DNA of 64,000 nt from Dehalococcoidia bacterium (GTDB lineage: Bacteria > Chloroflexota > Dehalococcoidia > Plut-88900), in assembly GCA_965207225.1 (NCBI GenBank), contig CBDBLV010000005.1, positions 896,001 to 960,000 on the forward strand, written 5' to 3'. The notes beneath the pieces were generated by a model that searched no databases, had not been told where the DNA came from, and was given only the letters and a program-made list of their open reading frames with translations. Position numbers and translations under genes: made by a program. Positions 48,538 to 57,932 of the stretch are shown piece after piece. Every line of letters begins with the position of its first letter. Position 1 is the first letter of the stretch.

Positions 48538-48677
48538 ACCCCCTGCCTTCGCAGGGGCAGGCTCTTCGACTTCGCTCAGGGCGAATGGAATGCCCCGCCC
48601 CCAGGGCGACCCGCCGGTCGCCCCTACGGGAGAGAGAACCCCGCCTCCCCAGATTCCTCGCGGGGCATCGGAATGAC
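48538..48677. repeat. Cluster of REP-like palindromes
   Basis: CCTTCGCAGGGGCAGGCTCT, CTTCGACTTCGCTCAGGGCGAA, GGGCGACCCGCCGGTCGCCCCTAC, AGATTCCTCGCGGGGCATCGGAATGAC. Confidence 0.8.
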
Positions 48678-48815
48678 AGAGGGGCAGGAGTCGCTTGTGT
48701 CGGCACAGAAGAGGGCCTTCGGCCGCCCTGATAATCCGGCATCGATAATGCCCTGTGCTAGAATTTAGGGTAGAGCTATGTCTAGCAGTAAGGGCCGAAA
48801 TCGGCGAGTTATTCA

Positions 48816-48980
48816 GTGCTGATTTGCAATTCGTGCGACGTAATCTGGAGCAAGGTCCCGCGTGACAAGGAGTACATGGACATAGACGCCACGGTTCGCA
48901 TGTACAAGAGGCGTCGGTGCCCCGACTGCGGGAAGGCCCTTGAAGAGATCACGTTTGTGTCGGGCCTGAGCGACGGTTAG
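48816..48980 (+). CDS. Small zinc-ribbon protein (54 aa, not in the ORF track)
   Basis: (V/M)LICNSCDVIWSKVPRDKEYMDIDATVRMYKRRRCPDCGKALEEITFVSGLSDG; two CxxC knuckles. Confidence 0.65.
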   Translation: MLICNSCDVIWSKVPRDKEYMDIDATVRMYKRRRCPDCGKALEEITFVSGLSDG

Positions 48981-48992
48981 TCAATTCCCAGT

Positions 48993-49628
48993 TTGTTACT
49001 TCCCACACTCTATCCTTTGAAGACTCGGCCCGCCTTTCTTTTCACCTCACTAGTTGTGATCTTTGCCGTGCTGTGGGTCGGGCTTGTGCCGCAGGCTCTG
49101 GCGAACGGGGGCGCAGACACCCGGACGATCTTCGAAGGGCGTACCGAGAGTTACGAGGTGGTGGTGACGTCGACGCCCGGGCGGCCGACCGAGGGGCTGG
49201 TGCACTTCACATTCAGCGTATCGGATGCGGAGAGCGGGGCGGTTATCAGGGATGCGGAGCTTGAACTGACTGCGAGTCCGCCTGCGGAGTCGGGGCTGGC
49301 GGAGGCGTCTTTTCCGATCAGCAAATCTGAGCTAAACCCGGAACTGTACGACGTCGATGTCCGGTTGGATGCGGAGGGGGTATGGGAGTTGGGTCTGTCG
49401 ATTGACGGGCCCCTGGGGCCGGCCATGGTCGAGGTCCCGCTGGAGGTGAGGGGCCCGGCGAGCAAGATTTTCGCAATCCTGATTGTGGTACTGGCGTTTC
49501 CGTTGCTTCTGGCCCTACTGGAGATCTGGAGACGGTGGGACAGACGCAAGAAGAGGGCGCGACTAATTGAGGGTCCTGACGTTGTAGATACCGGGTATAA
49601 AGAAGACTCGAAGGAGGAATCGACCTAA
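48993..49628 (+). CDS. Exported Ig-like (YtkA/FixH-like) protein with C-terminal membrane anchor
   Basis: Signal ending ALA-NGG, GVWELGLSIDGPLG, C-terminal TM followed by a basic tail. Confidence 0.65.
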   Translation: MLLPTLYPLKTRPAFLFTSLVVIFAVLWVGLVPQALANGGADTRTIFEGRTESYEVVVTSTPGRPTEGLVHFTFSVSDAESGAVIRDAELELTASPPAESGLAEASFPISKSELNPELYDVDVRLDAEGVWELGLSIDGPLGPAMVEVPLEVRGPASKIFAILIVVLAFPLLLALLEIWRRWDRRKKRARLIEGPDVVDTGYKEDSKEEST

Positions 49629-49630
49629 AG

Positions 49631-50410
49631 ATGAGACGGCTTGCTGTATTGACGCTCGGAATCACGGCGGTGGCGCTGCTTGTAGTGGCGGCATGTGGGG
49701 GGTCGGCACCGGAGACGGTGGAATTCAATCTCGACATCCGGGAGAGGGAGTTGGAGCAGGAATCGGCGGTGTTCAGGGTGAAAAACGGGGACACCGTGGT
49801 ATTGCTCATAACGTCGGATGAGGTCGGGGCCCTGCACGTACACGGGTATGACCACGAGGACGAACTGGGGACGGAGGGGGTGACGAGGATGGAATTCGTG
49901 GCGGACATAGAGGGTCGGTTTGCACTGGCGCTTCACCCGGGCGTAGGTGAAGGGGGACACACCCATGGTGACGAAGGAGAGGGGTGTGAAACGACGCTGG
50001 AGTTGGCCGAGGGCGTCGGGGCGCCGGAGATCAGGGTGAATGCCGAGCCGGGTTCCGAGGCGGGGGAGATAGAGGTCGGGGTTGAGCTGGAAAACTTCGA
50101 GCTGTCGTTGACGGAGACCGAAGGCGGGGTGACGGAAGGGCACTGGCACCTCTACATCGATGGGGAGCTCCGGGGGATGTACATGCTGCCGCAGGCGAAG
50201 GTGTCGGGGGTGGGGGCGGGAGAACACGACATCATGGTGAGGCTCTCGGATACCGAGCATTGCTACTTTGGGGTCGATGCGATGACGACGGTAACCTTGT
50301 CGGAGGGGGCTTCGCACGGGGAAATGGATATGGGGGAGGATGACGGGGGGCACGGGGCGACTGAACCTGAGGAGACGATTATCGGGTTCTTAGAGGTGCT
50401 TCCGCGGTAG
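49631..50410 (+). CDS. Cupredoxin-like His-rich lipoprotein
   Basis: VAAC lipobox, GDTVVLLITSD..LHVHGYD, GHTHGD, GHWHLYIDG, LEVLPR. Confidence 0.7.
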   Translation: MRRLAVLTLGITAVALLVVAACGGSAPETVEFNLDIRERELEQESAVFRVKNGDTVVLLITSDEVGALHVHGYDHEDELGTEGVTRMEFVADIEGRFALALHPGVGEGGHTHGDEGEGCETTLELAEGVGAPEIRVNAEPGSEAGEIEVGVELENFELSLTETEGGVTEGHWHLYIDGELRGMYMLPQAKVSGVGAGEHDIMVRLSDTEHCYFGVDAMTTVTLSEGASHGEMDMGEDDGGHGATEPEETIIGFLEVLPR

Positions 50411-50452
50411 GGGCAAGCCGCACCGCCTCTCTCTTGCGCTAGACTGGACATC

Positions 50453-51991
50453 GTGATTACTCGCGTCCTAATCGTATCGGGGCTGATTCTCGGGGCGTTG
50501 CTGCTGTTCCCGGCCGCCCATGCTCACGCGCACGGGTTCGGGGAGCGGTATGACCTCCCCGTACCGCTGTGGCTGTACCTTTACGGGGCAGGGGCCACGG
50601 TGCTGGTGTCGTTCGTCATCATCGGGATGTTCATGCGGGGGAGGGAAGAGGGGCGGGGGCCTCGGCGGTTCGACCTGTACGGCATTTCCGGGGTCCGGGC
50701 TGTACTGGAGAGTGTCGTCACCCTCACTGCGCTGAGGGTGGTGTCGGTGGGGACGCTGGGGCTGGTGATAGCGACGGCGTTCTGGGGAGACCCGGCGTCG
50801 ATAGTGAACTTCTCGGTGGCGTTCATCTGGGTGGGGTGGTGGGTGGGGCTGGGCTACGTTTTTTCGCTGGTGGGGAACCTGTGGGCGCTGCTCAACCCGT
50901 GGAAGGTGATCTTCGAATGGGTGGAGGGCCTGTACGGGGCGGTGTCGAGGGGGAAGAGGTTGGGTCTCGGGTTGCGTTATCCGTACGAGATAGGGGTGAC
51001 CCCGGCGATTGTCGTATTCTTCGGGTTTGCGTGGATAGAGAACGTCTACGCGAATGCCGGGGCGCCGACCCACCTGGGAATCATGGCCGTGTTCTACACG
51101 GTGGTTAGCCTCGGAGGGATGTTCCTGTTCGGGAAGCACACATGGCTGCACTATGGGGACGCGTTTGCGGTGCTCTACCGGTTCCTGTCCAAGTTTGCGG
51201 TGACGGAGGTGCGGGTCACGGACTCCAAGCACTGCTCGGGGTGCGAATTGCCGTGCGAGGCGGAGGAGTCGGGGTGTGTGAATTGCTACGAACGCTTCGA
51301 GAAGGCCAAAGGAGCCCGACAGCTGAATCTCCGGGCCCCGGGGGTTGGACTGGCGTATCCGGAGAGGGTCGGGACTTCGGAGGTGGTGTTCATAGTGCTG
51401 GCGCTGTCTACGGTGACGCTGGACGGGTTCAAGGAGACGGAGGCGTGGCAGAGTGTGAAGGACGCCGTCCTCACGGGTGTCACCTTCTACCGGAACGATC
51501 TGAACACGACCCTGGCGCTGGTGACATTCCCGATTATTTTCGTGGGGGCGTACCTGTTGACGTGCAAGATATCTAACCGGGTGTCGGGGGACACCAGATC
51601 GACGAGGTCGACGGCTCGGGCGTACATCTACTCGCTGATCCCGATTGCGCTGGCGTATAACGTGGCGCACTTTTTCTCGTTCCTGGCGATACAGGGGCAG
51701 CTGATCGTCAAGCTGATATCGGACCCATTCGGGTTCGGGTGGGACCTGTTCGGGACGGCGGACTGGGAGGTGCAGATTTCGATAGTCAGCGCCCGGCTGG
51801 TGTGGTTCGTCGGGGTGGGGGCGATAGTGATAGGGCACGTGATTGCGGTGTACGTGGCGCACGTGATATCGATGCGGAGGTCGGGGAGCCGGGGGGCGGC
51901 GCTGAGGAGCCAGTACCCGATGGTGGCGTTGATGGTGGGGTACACGGTGGTGAGCTTGTGGATTGTGGCGCAGCCTATTGTGGCGGGGTGA
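50453..51991 (+). CDS. Polytopic membrane protein ('fenitrothion hydrolase'-annotated family) with a Cys-rich insert
   Basis: AHGFGERYDLPVP, LNPW, SLIPIALAYNVAHF, SDPFGFGWDLFGT, SQYPM. Confidence 0.75.
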   Translation: MITRVLIVSGLILGALLLFPAAHAHAHGFGERYDLPVPLWLYLYGAGATVLVSFVIIGMFMRGREEGRGPRRFDLYGISGVRAVLESVVTLTALRVVSVGTLGLVIATAFWGDPASIVNFSVAFIWVGWWVGLGYVFSLVGNLWALLNPWKVIFEWVEGLYGAVSRGKRLGLGLRYPYEIGVTPAIVVFFGFAWIENVYANAGAPTHLGIMAVFYTVVSLGGMFLFGKHTWLHYGDAFAVLYRFLSKFAVTEVRVTDSKHCSGCELPCEAEESGCVNCYERFEKAKGARQLNLRAPGVGLAYPERVGTSEVVFIVLALSTVTLDGFKETEAWQSVKDAVLTGVTFYRNDLNTTLALVTFPIIFVGAYLLTCKISNRVSGDTRSTRSTARAYIYSLIPIALAYNVAHFFSFLAIQGQLIVKLISDPFGFGWDLFGTADWEVQISIVSARLVWFVGVGAIVIGHVIAVYVAHVISMRRSGSRGAALRSQYPMVALMVGYTVVSLWIVAQPIVAG

Positions 51992-52179
51992 GTTACACCT
52001 AGCACGGGGCTCCACCCCCATTCCGTTCTTGAGACCCTTCGACTCCGCTCAGGGCGAACGGAATACCCCGCACCGGGGAGGGAACCCTCAGCCCCTGTTC
52101 AGTACCGGGTAGAAGGAAGGGATGGATTCTCGATCGGAGTCGGGAATGACGGGGGGGGTTGTGGAGATGGTGGGGAGGG

Positions 52180-52956
52180 TTAGATGAGGACCCGACCCCC
52201 GTCTACGGGGATGATGTGGCCGGTGACCATGGCGGAGAGGTCGCTGGCGAGGAAGAGGGCTGCGCCGACGAGGTCCTGGGTCTCGACCATTCTTCCGGTT
52301 GGGATTTCCGCTACTGTCGCGGCAAGTCTTTCGGGGTCTGAGGTGGTTGCGGCCATCATGTCGGTGTTGGTCGGGCCTGGGGCGATGCCATTGACCTGTA
52401 TGCCGTATTGCGCCCACTCGACGGCCAGAGTCCTGGTCAGGCCGACCACCCCGTGCTTGCTCGAGATGTAGGTCGCCGACTGGTGGCTCCTGGAAACTAC
52501 GAAAGCGAGTTCAGAAGCGGTGTTGACGATCTTTCCTCCTCCCGTCTTCACCATCTCCCGTGCTGCGGCCTGGCACCCGAAAAAAACGCCCCGGAGGTTG
52601 ACGTTATGGACATGGTCCCACTGCTCGGGGGTAAGGTCCAGAGCCGTGCTGCGTACGATGACGCCGGCGTTGTTAAACATGATGTCGAGGCGGCCTTTGT
52701 CGGCGACGGTGCCCGAGACTGCGTTGCGGATCTGGTCGGGGTCGGTGACATCAACGTCGAGGGCGCGGGCGATGCCGCCGGACTCTTCGATGAGGGCGAG
52801 GGTTCTTGCGGAGTCGGCCTGGCGCTGGGGCAGGTCGGCGATGGTGACGTCGGCGCCGGCTGAGGCGAGACCTCGGGCTATGGCCGCCCCGATGCCCCGG
52901 GACGCGCCGGTGACTATTGCTATGCGGCCAGTGAGGTCTATGGAGGTGCCTGGCAT
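52180..52956 (-). CDS. Short-chain dehydrogenase/reductase
   Basis: TGASRGIG, NNAG, YISSK. Confidence 0.93.
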   Translation of the reverse strand: MPGTSIDLTGRIAIVTGASRGIGAAIARGLASAGADVTIADLPQRQADSARTLALIEESGGIARALDVDVTDPDQIRNAVSGTVADKGRLDIMFNNAGVIVRSTALDLTPEQWDHVHNVNLRGVFFGCQAAAREMVKTGGGKIVNTASELAFVVSRSHQSATYISSKHGVVGLTRTLAVEWAQYGIQVNGIAPGPTNTDMMAATTSDPERLAATVAEIPTGRMVETQDLVGAALFLASDLSAMVTGHIIPVDGGRVLI

Positions 52957-53113
52957 TCTTCAACTCCCCGACTTGTTGGCGTAGATTTCATTTTGGCTCT
53001 GACACGATATCACATCCTACGATCCCCTCGTGCCCGCATTCATGCGCCGCGATTGCCGAAGGTATCGGGTGTCTGTAGCATTCCAAGGTAGATTGATACG
53101 GGTAAGTTGGGAT

Positions 53114-53581
53114 ATGACCGTAACTTGGCAACAATTTTCGGAGAAAGACCCTGAGCTTGCTGGGCTGGGGGAGGAGCAGTTTGGGCGGACGGGGCTGGCA
53201 CTGGTCGGGACGCTGCGTCGGGATGGATGGCCGCGGATATCGCCGGTTGAGCCGTTTATCGTGGGTGGGCAGCTATACCTGGGGATGATGTGGCGGTCGA
53301 GGAAGGCGCTGGACCTGCTTCGGGACCCGAGGTGCGTGGTGCATAGCACGGTGTCGGACAGGCTTGGGACGGAAGGGGAGTTCAAGGTGTATGGTCGGGC
53401 GGTGGAGGTGAAAGACCTGGGTGAGAGAAAACGCTTCGGCGATGCAGTTTTCGAGGCTATCGGGTATCGGCCGGAGGAGCCGGAGTTCCACTGTTTTGCC
53501 ATTAGCATCGAGAGTGTGGCGTTTACCCGGCTGGAGGGTGACAAGATGGTGCATCAGGTGTGGAAGTCGGGGGAGGGTTAG
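53114..53581 (+). CDS. Pyridoxamine 5'-phosphate oxidase-like (split-barrel flavin/F420) protein
   Basis: GTLRRDGWPRISPVEP, SRKALDLLRDPR. Confidence 0.87.
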   Translation: MTVTWQQFSEKDPELAGLGEEQFGRTGLALVGTLRRDGWPRISPVEPFIVGGQLYLGMMWRSRKALDLLRDPRCVVHSTVSDRLGTEGEFKVYGRAVEVKDLGERKRFGDAVFEAIGYRPEEPEFHCFAISIESVAFTRLEGDKMVHQVWKSGEG

Positions 53582-53668
53582 GAGCTTGTATCTGTTGCCG
53601 TGAGTCGGGCGTGGGCATACCATTGCTTCACATCCCGGCACACACATTCCAAACTGGAGGCCAAAGGC

Positions 53669-54619
53669 ATGGCGGACGTATTGAAGATCGACACCCACTT
53701 GCACTTGTACGAGACGAAGGAGATAGGCGCGTTCGAGAAGGGGGACTACGGGATCTGGGAGTACGGGCAGAAGGCGGACGTGAAGTTCAGCGCCTACGAC
53801 GGTGACCTCGAGGATACCCTGGACGCGATGGAGTCGGCGGGGTTTGCGAGGGCGATAGTGGTCAACCTGTTCTCGACCCGAGGGGTGATGCAGCGGGCGG
53901 TGGCAGGGATGTCGGGGAGGATGTCGGCGTCAGAGAGGGAGGCGGAGATCAGGAAGGTGGTGGCGGGTTACGCGGATGCGTTACGGGAGTTCAATATCGC
54001 TTCGTGTGAACGGGTGAAGGGGCACGATAACCTGATCCCGTACATTGCGCTGGACGCCATAGCGATGCCGGGGGAGGAGGGGGCGGCGCACCTTCGGGAG
54101 ATGGTTGAACAGCACGGGGCGAGGGGGGTGAAGCTGCACGGGCCAGCGCAGGGGTTCAACATGAGCGACGAGCGGATGTGGCCTTCATACGCGGTCTGCC
54201 AGGAGATGGGGTTGCCGATAGTTGCACACTCGGGGCCGGACAAGCTGGGTTTCGGGTATGCGGAGCCTCGGGCGTTTGCGGGGATGCTGGCGGCGTTCCC
54301 AGACCTGAAGGTGATTGTGGCGCACATGGGAGGGGGGACGTGGGGGCAGGCCCGGGAGCTGGCGGAGGCATATCCCAACGCGTATTTTGACTGCTGCGAG
54401 ATCATCGAATGGGTCGGCGGGGCCACCAATGCACCGACTGGGAATGAGTTTGGGCAACTAATCCGCGATATTGGGGCGTCTCGGGTGTTTATGGGGTCGG
54501 ACTTTCCGTGGTACGACCTGGACCGGACGGTGGAGCAGGTGATGGGGCTGCCAGTGCTGTCTGAAGAGGAGAAGGAGGGGATGCTGGGGGCTTATGCGGT
54601 GGAGGCGTTGGGGATTTAG
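53669..54619 (+). CDS. Amidohydrolase family 2 protein
   Basis: IDTHLH, GVKLH, AHMGG, MGSDFP; GGAGG RBS. Confidence 0.88.
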   Translation: MADVLKIDTHLHLYETKEIGAFEKGDYGIWEYGQKADVKFSAYDGDLEDTLDAMESAGFARAIVVNLFSTRGVMQRAVAGMSGRMSASEREAEIRKVVAGYADALREFNIASCERVKGHDNLIPYIALDAIAMPGEEGAAHLREMVEQHGARGVKLHGPAQGFNMSDERMWPSYAVCQEMGLPIVAHSGPDKLGFGYAEPRAFAGMLAAFPDLKVIVAHMGGGTWGQARELAEAYPNAYFDCCEIIEWVGGATNAPTGNEFGQLIRDIGASRVFMGSDFPWYDLDRTVEQVMGLPVLSEEEKEGMLGAYAVEALGI

Positions 54620-54687
54620 CCCTGCTCGCATCCAAGGGCGACCCGCCGGTCGCCCCTACGGGTGTGGGGGCTAAGCCTATTTGCAGG

Positions 54688-55497
54688 CTATTTCTGGCAG
54701 GTGCGGCAGAAGTTGGTCATGCGCTGGTTGGCCTTGACCTCGCCGATCCTGCCGCCGCAGTTGGGGCAGTCCTGACCACCCTTACGGTGGACCTTGAGGA
54801 AGTCTCTTATCTTGGCGTCGATGCGGCCGTCCATGCGCTCACCGACGATTTTCGTAGCTTCATTCAGGACGGAGTGCATGCTGTTGTAGAGGGTCTCGAC
54901 TTCGTCGTCGCTGAGGGTAGTGCGCCTGCGGAAGGGGTAGATGCCGGCGTCGAAGAGGATTTCGTCGGAGTAGGCGTTGCCTATGCCGGCGAGGAAGGTG
55001 TCGGTGACCAGAATGCGCTTGATCTGGCCCGAGTAGCGGCGTAGGCGCTGGCGGAAGATGTCTAGGGTGAGTTCGGGGTCCAGGGCGTCGGGGCCCATGC
55101 GGTCGAAGTTGGGGATGATTGACTCTTCACCCGGGCCTACGCAGTAGACTTTGCCCATGACTCGCATGTCGTGGTAGCGGAGGTCCATGCCGTTTTCGAG
55201 GTTCAGGGTGAAGCAGGTCTTGGCGTGGACCTTGGTGTCGGGTGCGACATACTGGAAGCCGCCGGTGAGCATGGGGTTGACGGCAAGGGTGTCGCCGGAT
55301 TGGGCCTTGAAGAGAAGGAACTTGCCGCGGCGATTGACAACGGAAAAAGTCTGTCCTTCCAGTTTGGAGGCGAAGGCGTCGATGGCGGGGTAGCGGATGA
55401 CGATGGGGATGCGAGGTTGGACGGAGTCGATGCGGACGCCGGGCAGTCTTTCGTTGAGGAATATGAGGATGTTTTCGAGGTCTGGGATCTCGGGCAT
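54688..55497 (-). CDS. Fpg/Nei family DNA glycosylase
   Basis: N-terminal MPEIPD, RRGKFL, GIGNAYSDEIL, zinc finger CPNC..CRTCQ. Confidence 0.92.
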   Translation of the reverse strand: MPEIPDLENILIFLNERLPGVRIDSVQPRIPIVIRYPAIDAFASKLEGQTFSVVNRRGKFLLFKAQSGDTLAVNPMLTGGFQYVAPDTKVHAKTCFTLNLENGMDLRYHDMRVMGKVYCVGPGEESIIPNFDRMGPDALDPELTLDIFRQRLRRYSGQIKRILVTDTFLAGIGNAYSDEILFDAGIYPFRRRTTLSDDEVETLYNSMHSVLNEATKIVGERMDGRIDAKIRDFLKVHRKGGQDCPNCGGRIGEVKANQRMTNFCRTCQK

Positions 55498-55615
55498 GGG
55501 GGGTCTCCTGGGGGGATTATACCCGGCCCCGCGCTCCATGACCGCGTTGACACCCGAAAAGGCGCGATGGCACAATTTGCGCCGTCCCAACATCTTCCGA
55601 CGAGACCTTCTGAAA

Positions 55616-56791
55616 ATGGATTCCGTCCTTACTGGATACACCATCATCGACCTGTCCCGCGATATGGCGGGTTCGTATGCGTGTATGCTTCTGGGGGACA
55701 TGGGGGCGTCGGTGGTCAAGGTGGAAACGCCGGAGGGTCGGGGGTGGAGGGGTAATGCGCCGTTCCATCACTGGAACAGGGGCAAGAAGAGTGTAGCGCT
55801 GGACCTGTCGGTGGAAGGGGCACGGGGGGCGCTGGAGGCGATCGTGAAGTCGGGGGACGTGGTAGTGGAGGACTACTTGGCCGAAGAGGCACGGGAGCGA
55901 GGGCTGGACTATGAAACGCTTTCCAAACTCAACCCGGAGGTCGTGTACTGCGCCATGCCCCCATTTGGAGATGATGGGCCCCTGGCGGACAAGCCTGGGA
56001 ACGATGGAGTAGTTTCGGCGTATTCCGCACTGATGGGGAACCAGAACGGGCCAGGCGGGGCCCCGGAGTACGTTACTGTTCCAGGCCCGAGCTGCGGGGC
56101 CGCATTCCTCGCGGCGTATTCGATAACCTCGGCGCTTTACGTGAGGGAGATGGAGGGAGTCGGGCAGAAGGTGGAAGTGCCGCTGCTTAACGGCTCGATA
56201 GTCATGCAGGGAAGCGCGTTCATCCGGGGCCCGGGCATACACGGGGACCCGGAGGGCGACACTCGGGACCAGAGGGGAGTGCAGTCTGCCTACCGCCTGT
56301 ACAGGTGCATCGATGGGAAGTGGATATTCATCGCATGTGGGAATGACAGGTTCTGGGGCAAGCTCTGCATTGCAATGGGGATGGAGGACTTAATGACCAA
56401 CCCCAGGTTCCGGGACGCGCCCTGGCATTTCGAGCCGGAGGACGAGCAGAGAATGAAGGCGGTGCTGGATGAAGAGATTGGGAAGGAGACCCAGGACTAC
56501 TGGCTCCGGCACTTCGATGAGCACGACGTGCCCGCCGCCCCCGCCGACACCCGGGACGACTTTATAGTCGATCCCCAGGTGTTGTCCGACGGCATCCTGG
56601 TGAATATTGATGATCTTACTTTTGGCATGATAACCCAGTTGGGACCGCTGGTCACTGTGGCGGGTCTGCAGGGCTCGGTGTCCGGACCGGCGCCGGGGTT
56701 GGGACAGCACGGGGTGGAGGTGCTGAAAGGGCTGGGGTTTGCGGAAGGGGAATGCCGCAAGCTGGTGGAGTCGGGGGGGTTGATTTGCTGA
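55616..56791 (+). CDS. Family III CoA-transferase-like subunit, catalytic Asp apparently absent
   Basis: GDMGASVVKVE, WNRGKKS; VPGPSCG at the position of the usual xxDy motif. Confidence 0.83.
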   Translation: MDSVLTGYTIIDLSRDMAGSYACMLLGDMGASVVKVETPEGRGWRGNAPFHHWNRGKKSVALDLSVEGARGALEAIVKSGDVVVEDYLAEEARERGLDYETLSKLNPEVVYCAMPPFGDDGPLADKPGNDGVVSAYSALMGNQNGPGGAPEYVTVPGPSCGAAFLAAYSITSALYVREMEGVGQKVEVPLLNGSIVMQGSAFIRGPGIHGDPEGDTRDQRGVQSAYRLYRCIDGKWIFIACGNDRFWGKLCIAMGMEDLMTNPRFRDAPWHFEPEDEQRMKAVLDEEIGKETQDYWLRHFDEHDVPAAPADTRDDFIVDPQVLSDGILVNIDDLTFGMITQLGPLVTVAGLQGSVSGPAPGLGQHGVEVLKGLGFAEGECRKLVESGGLIC

Positions 56792-57927
56792 AGCATCCGT
56801 TCTCTAAAGTCAAAGTTGTCGACCTGGCCAGCTACATAGCCGGCGCTTTGTGTCCGGGACTGCTGGCGGACTTCGGGGCGGAAGTGATCAAGGTAGAGTC
56901 ACATGCAGGGGACCCGTTTCGGGGGTTCGGGCTAACGTTCCAGGACTGGAACCGCGGTAAGCGGAGCATCTGCATCGACCTCAAGACTGAGGCGGGGCGA
57001 GGGGTGCTGTACAAGCTGGTGAAAGATGCGGATGTGGTGGTGGAGAACTACAGGCCGGGTGTATCCAGACGACTCGGCGCCGATTACGAGACCCTAAGCA
57101 AGATAAATCCCAACCTGGTGTATTGCTCCGTTTCTGCGTATGGACAAGAGGGACCGTACAGGAGCAAACCGGGCTTCGATCCATTGCTCCAGGCCCGGAG
57201 CGGGGCGATGGACTATCAGGGTGGGGAGACGAGACCGCCGGTTTTCCTTGTCATGGCCATCTCGGATTACGGAGCGGCGTGTCTCGGGGCTTACGGGGTG
57301 GCGTTGGGTTTGCTCGCCAGGGCTCGGACGGGAAAGGGCCGGAAGGTGGAGACGTCCTTGCTGAGGGCCTGCATGGCGATGCAGTCGGGAAGGTTTGTGG
57401 TAGTGAGTAGGGGAGAGAACGGGACACGGGAGGCGGACTACGTGGGAGAAGGGCCAGGGTACCGGATTTACCAGACGGCCGACGGCTGGATATTCGTTGG
57501 GGTCCGGTCGGAGGAGGAGTGGGGTCGGCTTGGCAGGGCGGTCGGGCTGGATCTTGCTGCTCTCCGAAACGGAGACTCTTCAGATGAGGCATTGGGCCAA
57601 ACTCTTGGCAAGACGTTCGCCTCGGCCTCCTCCGGCGAGTGGCTGTCTTGCCTGGAAGAGCATCTCGTTCCCTGTGCGCCCATTCAACAGGTCACAGATT
57701 TATACGAGGATGAACAGATGAAGAGGAACGGGCTGAGCGTCGACTATGATTCCCCGGACTTTGGGCCCATAACCCTTCGGGGCGCTCCGGCTATATTCTC
57801 AAAGACGCCCGGTCTATCAGAGAAGGCTGCACCGTCGTTAGGGCAGCACACTGACGAGGTGCTGAGGGAAGTCGGGTACTCTGACGAGGATATCCGGAGC
57901 TTACACACAAACAAGGTGGTCAGGTAA
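56785..57927 (+). CDS. Family III CoA-transferase
   Basis: ADFGAEVIKVE, WNRGKRS, ENYRPG, AISDYG, APSLGQHT; overlaps the previous stop. Confidence 0.9.
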   Translation: MLKHPFSKVKVVDLASYIAGALCPGLLADFGAEVIKVESHAGDPFRGFGLTFQDWNRGKRSICIDLKTEAGRGVLYKLVKDADVVVENYRPGVSRRLGADYETLSKINPNLVYCSVSAYGQEGPYRSKPGFDPLLQARSGAMDYQGGETRPPVFLVMAISDYGAACLGAYGVALGLLARARTGKGRKVETSLLRACMAMQSGRFVVVSRGENGTREADYVGEGPGYRIYQTADGWIFVGVRSEEEWGRLGRAVGLDLAALRNGDSSDEALGQTLGKTFASASSGEWLSCLEEHLVPCAPIQQVTDLYEDEQMKRNGLSVDYDSPDFGPITLRGAPAIFSKTPGLSEKAAPSLGQHTDEVLREVGYSDEDIRSLHTNKVVR

Positions 57928-57932
57928 GGGTA

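Noticed and set aside
48778-48843. MSSSKGRNRRVIQC-UGA as a third selenoprotein
   Set aside because: Read-through stops six codons later; the alternative frame encodes a convincing zinc ribbon.
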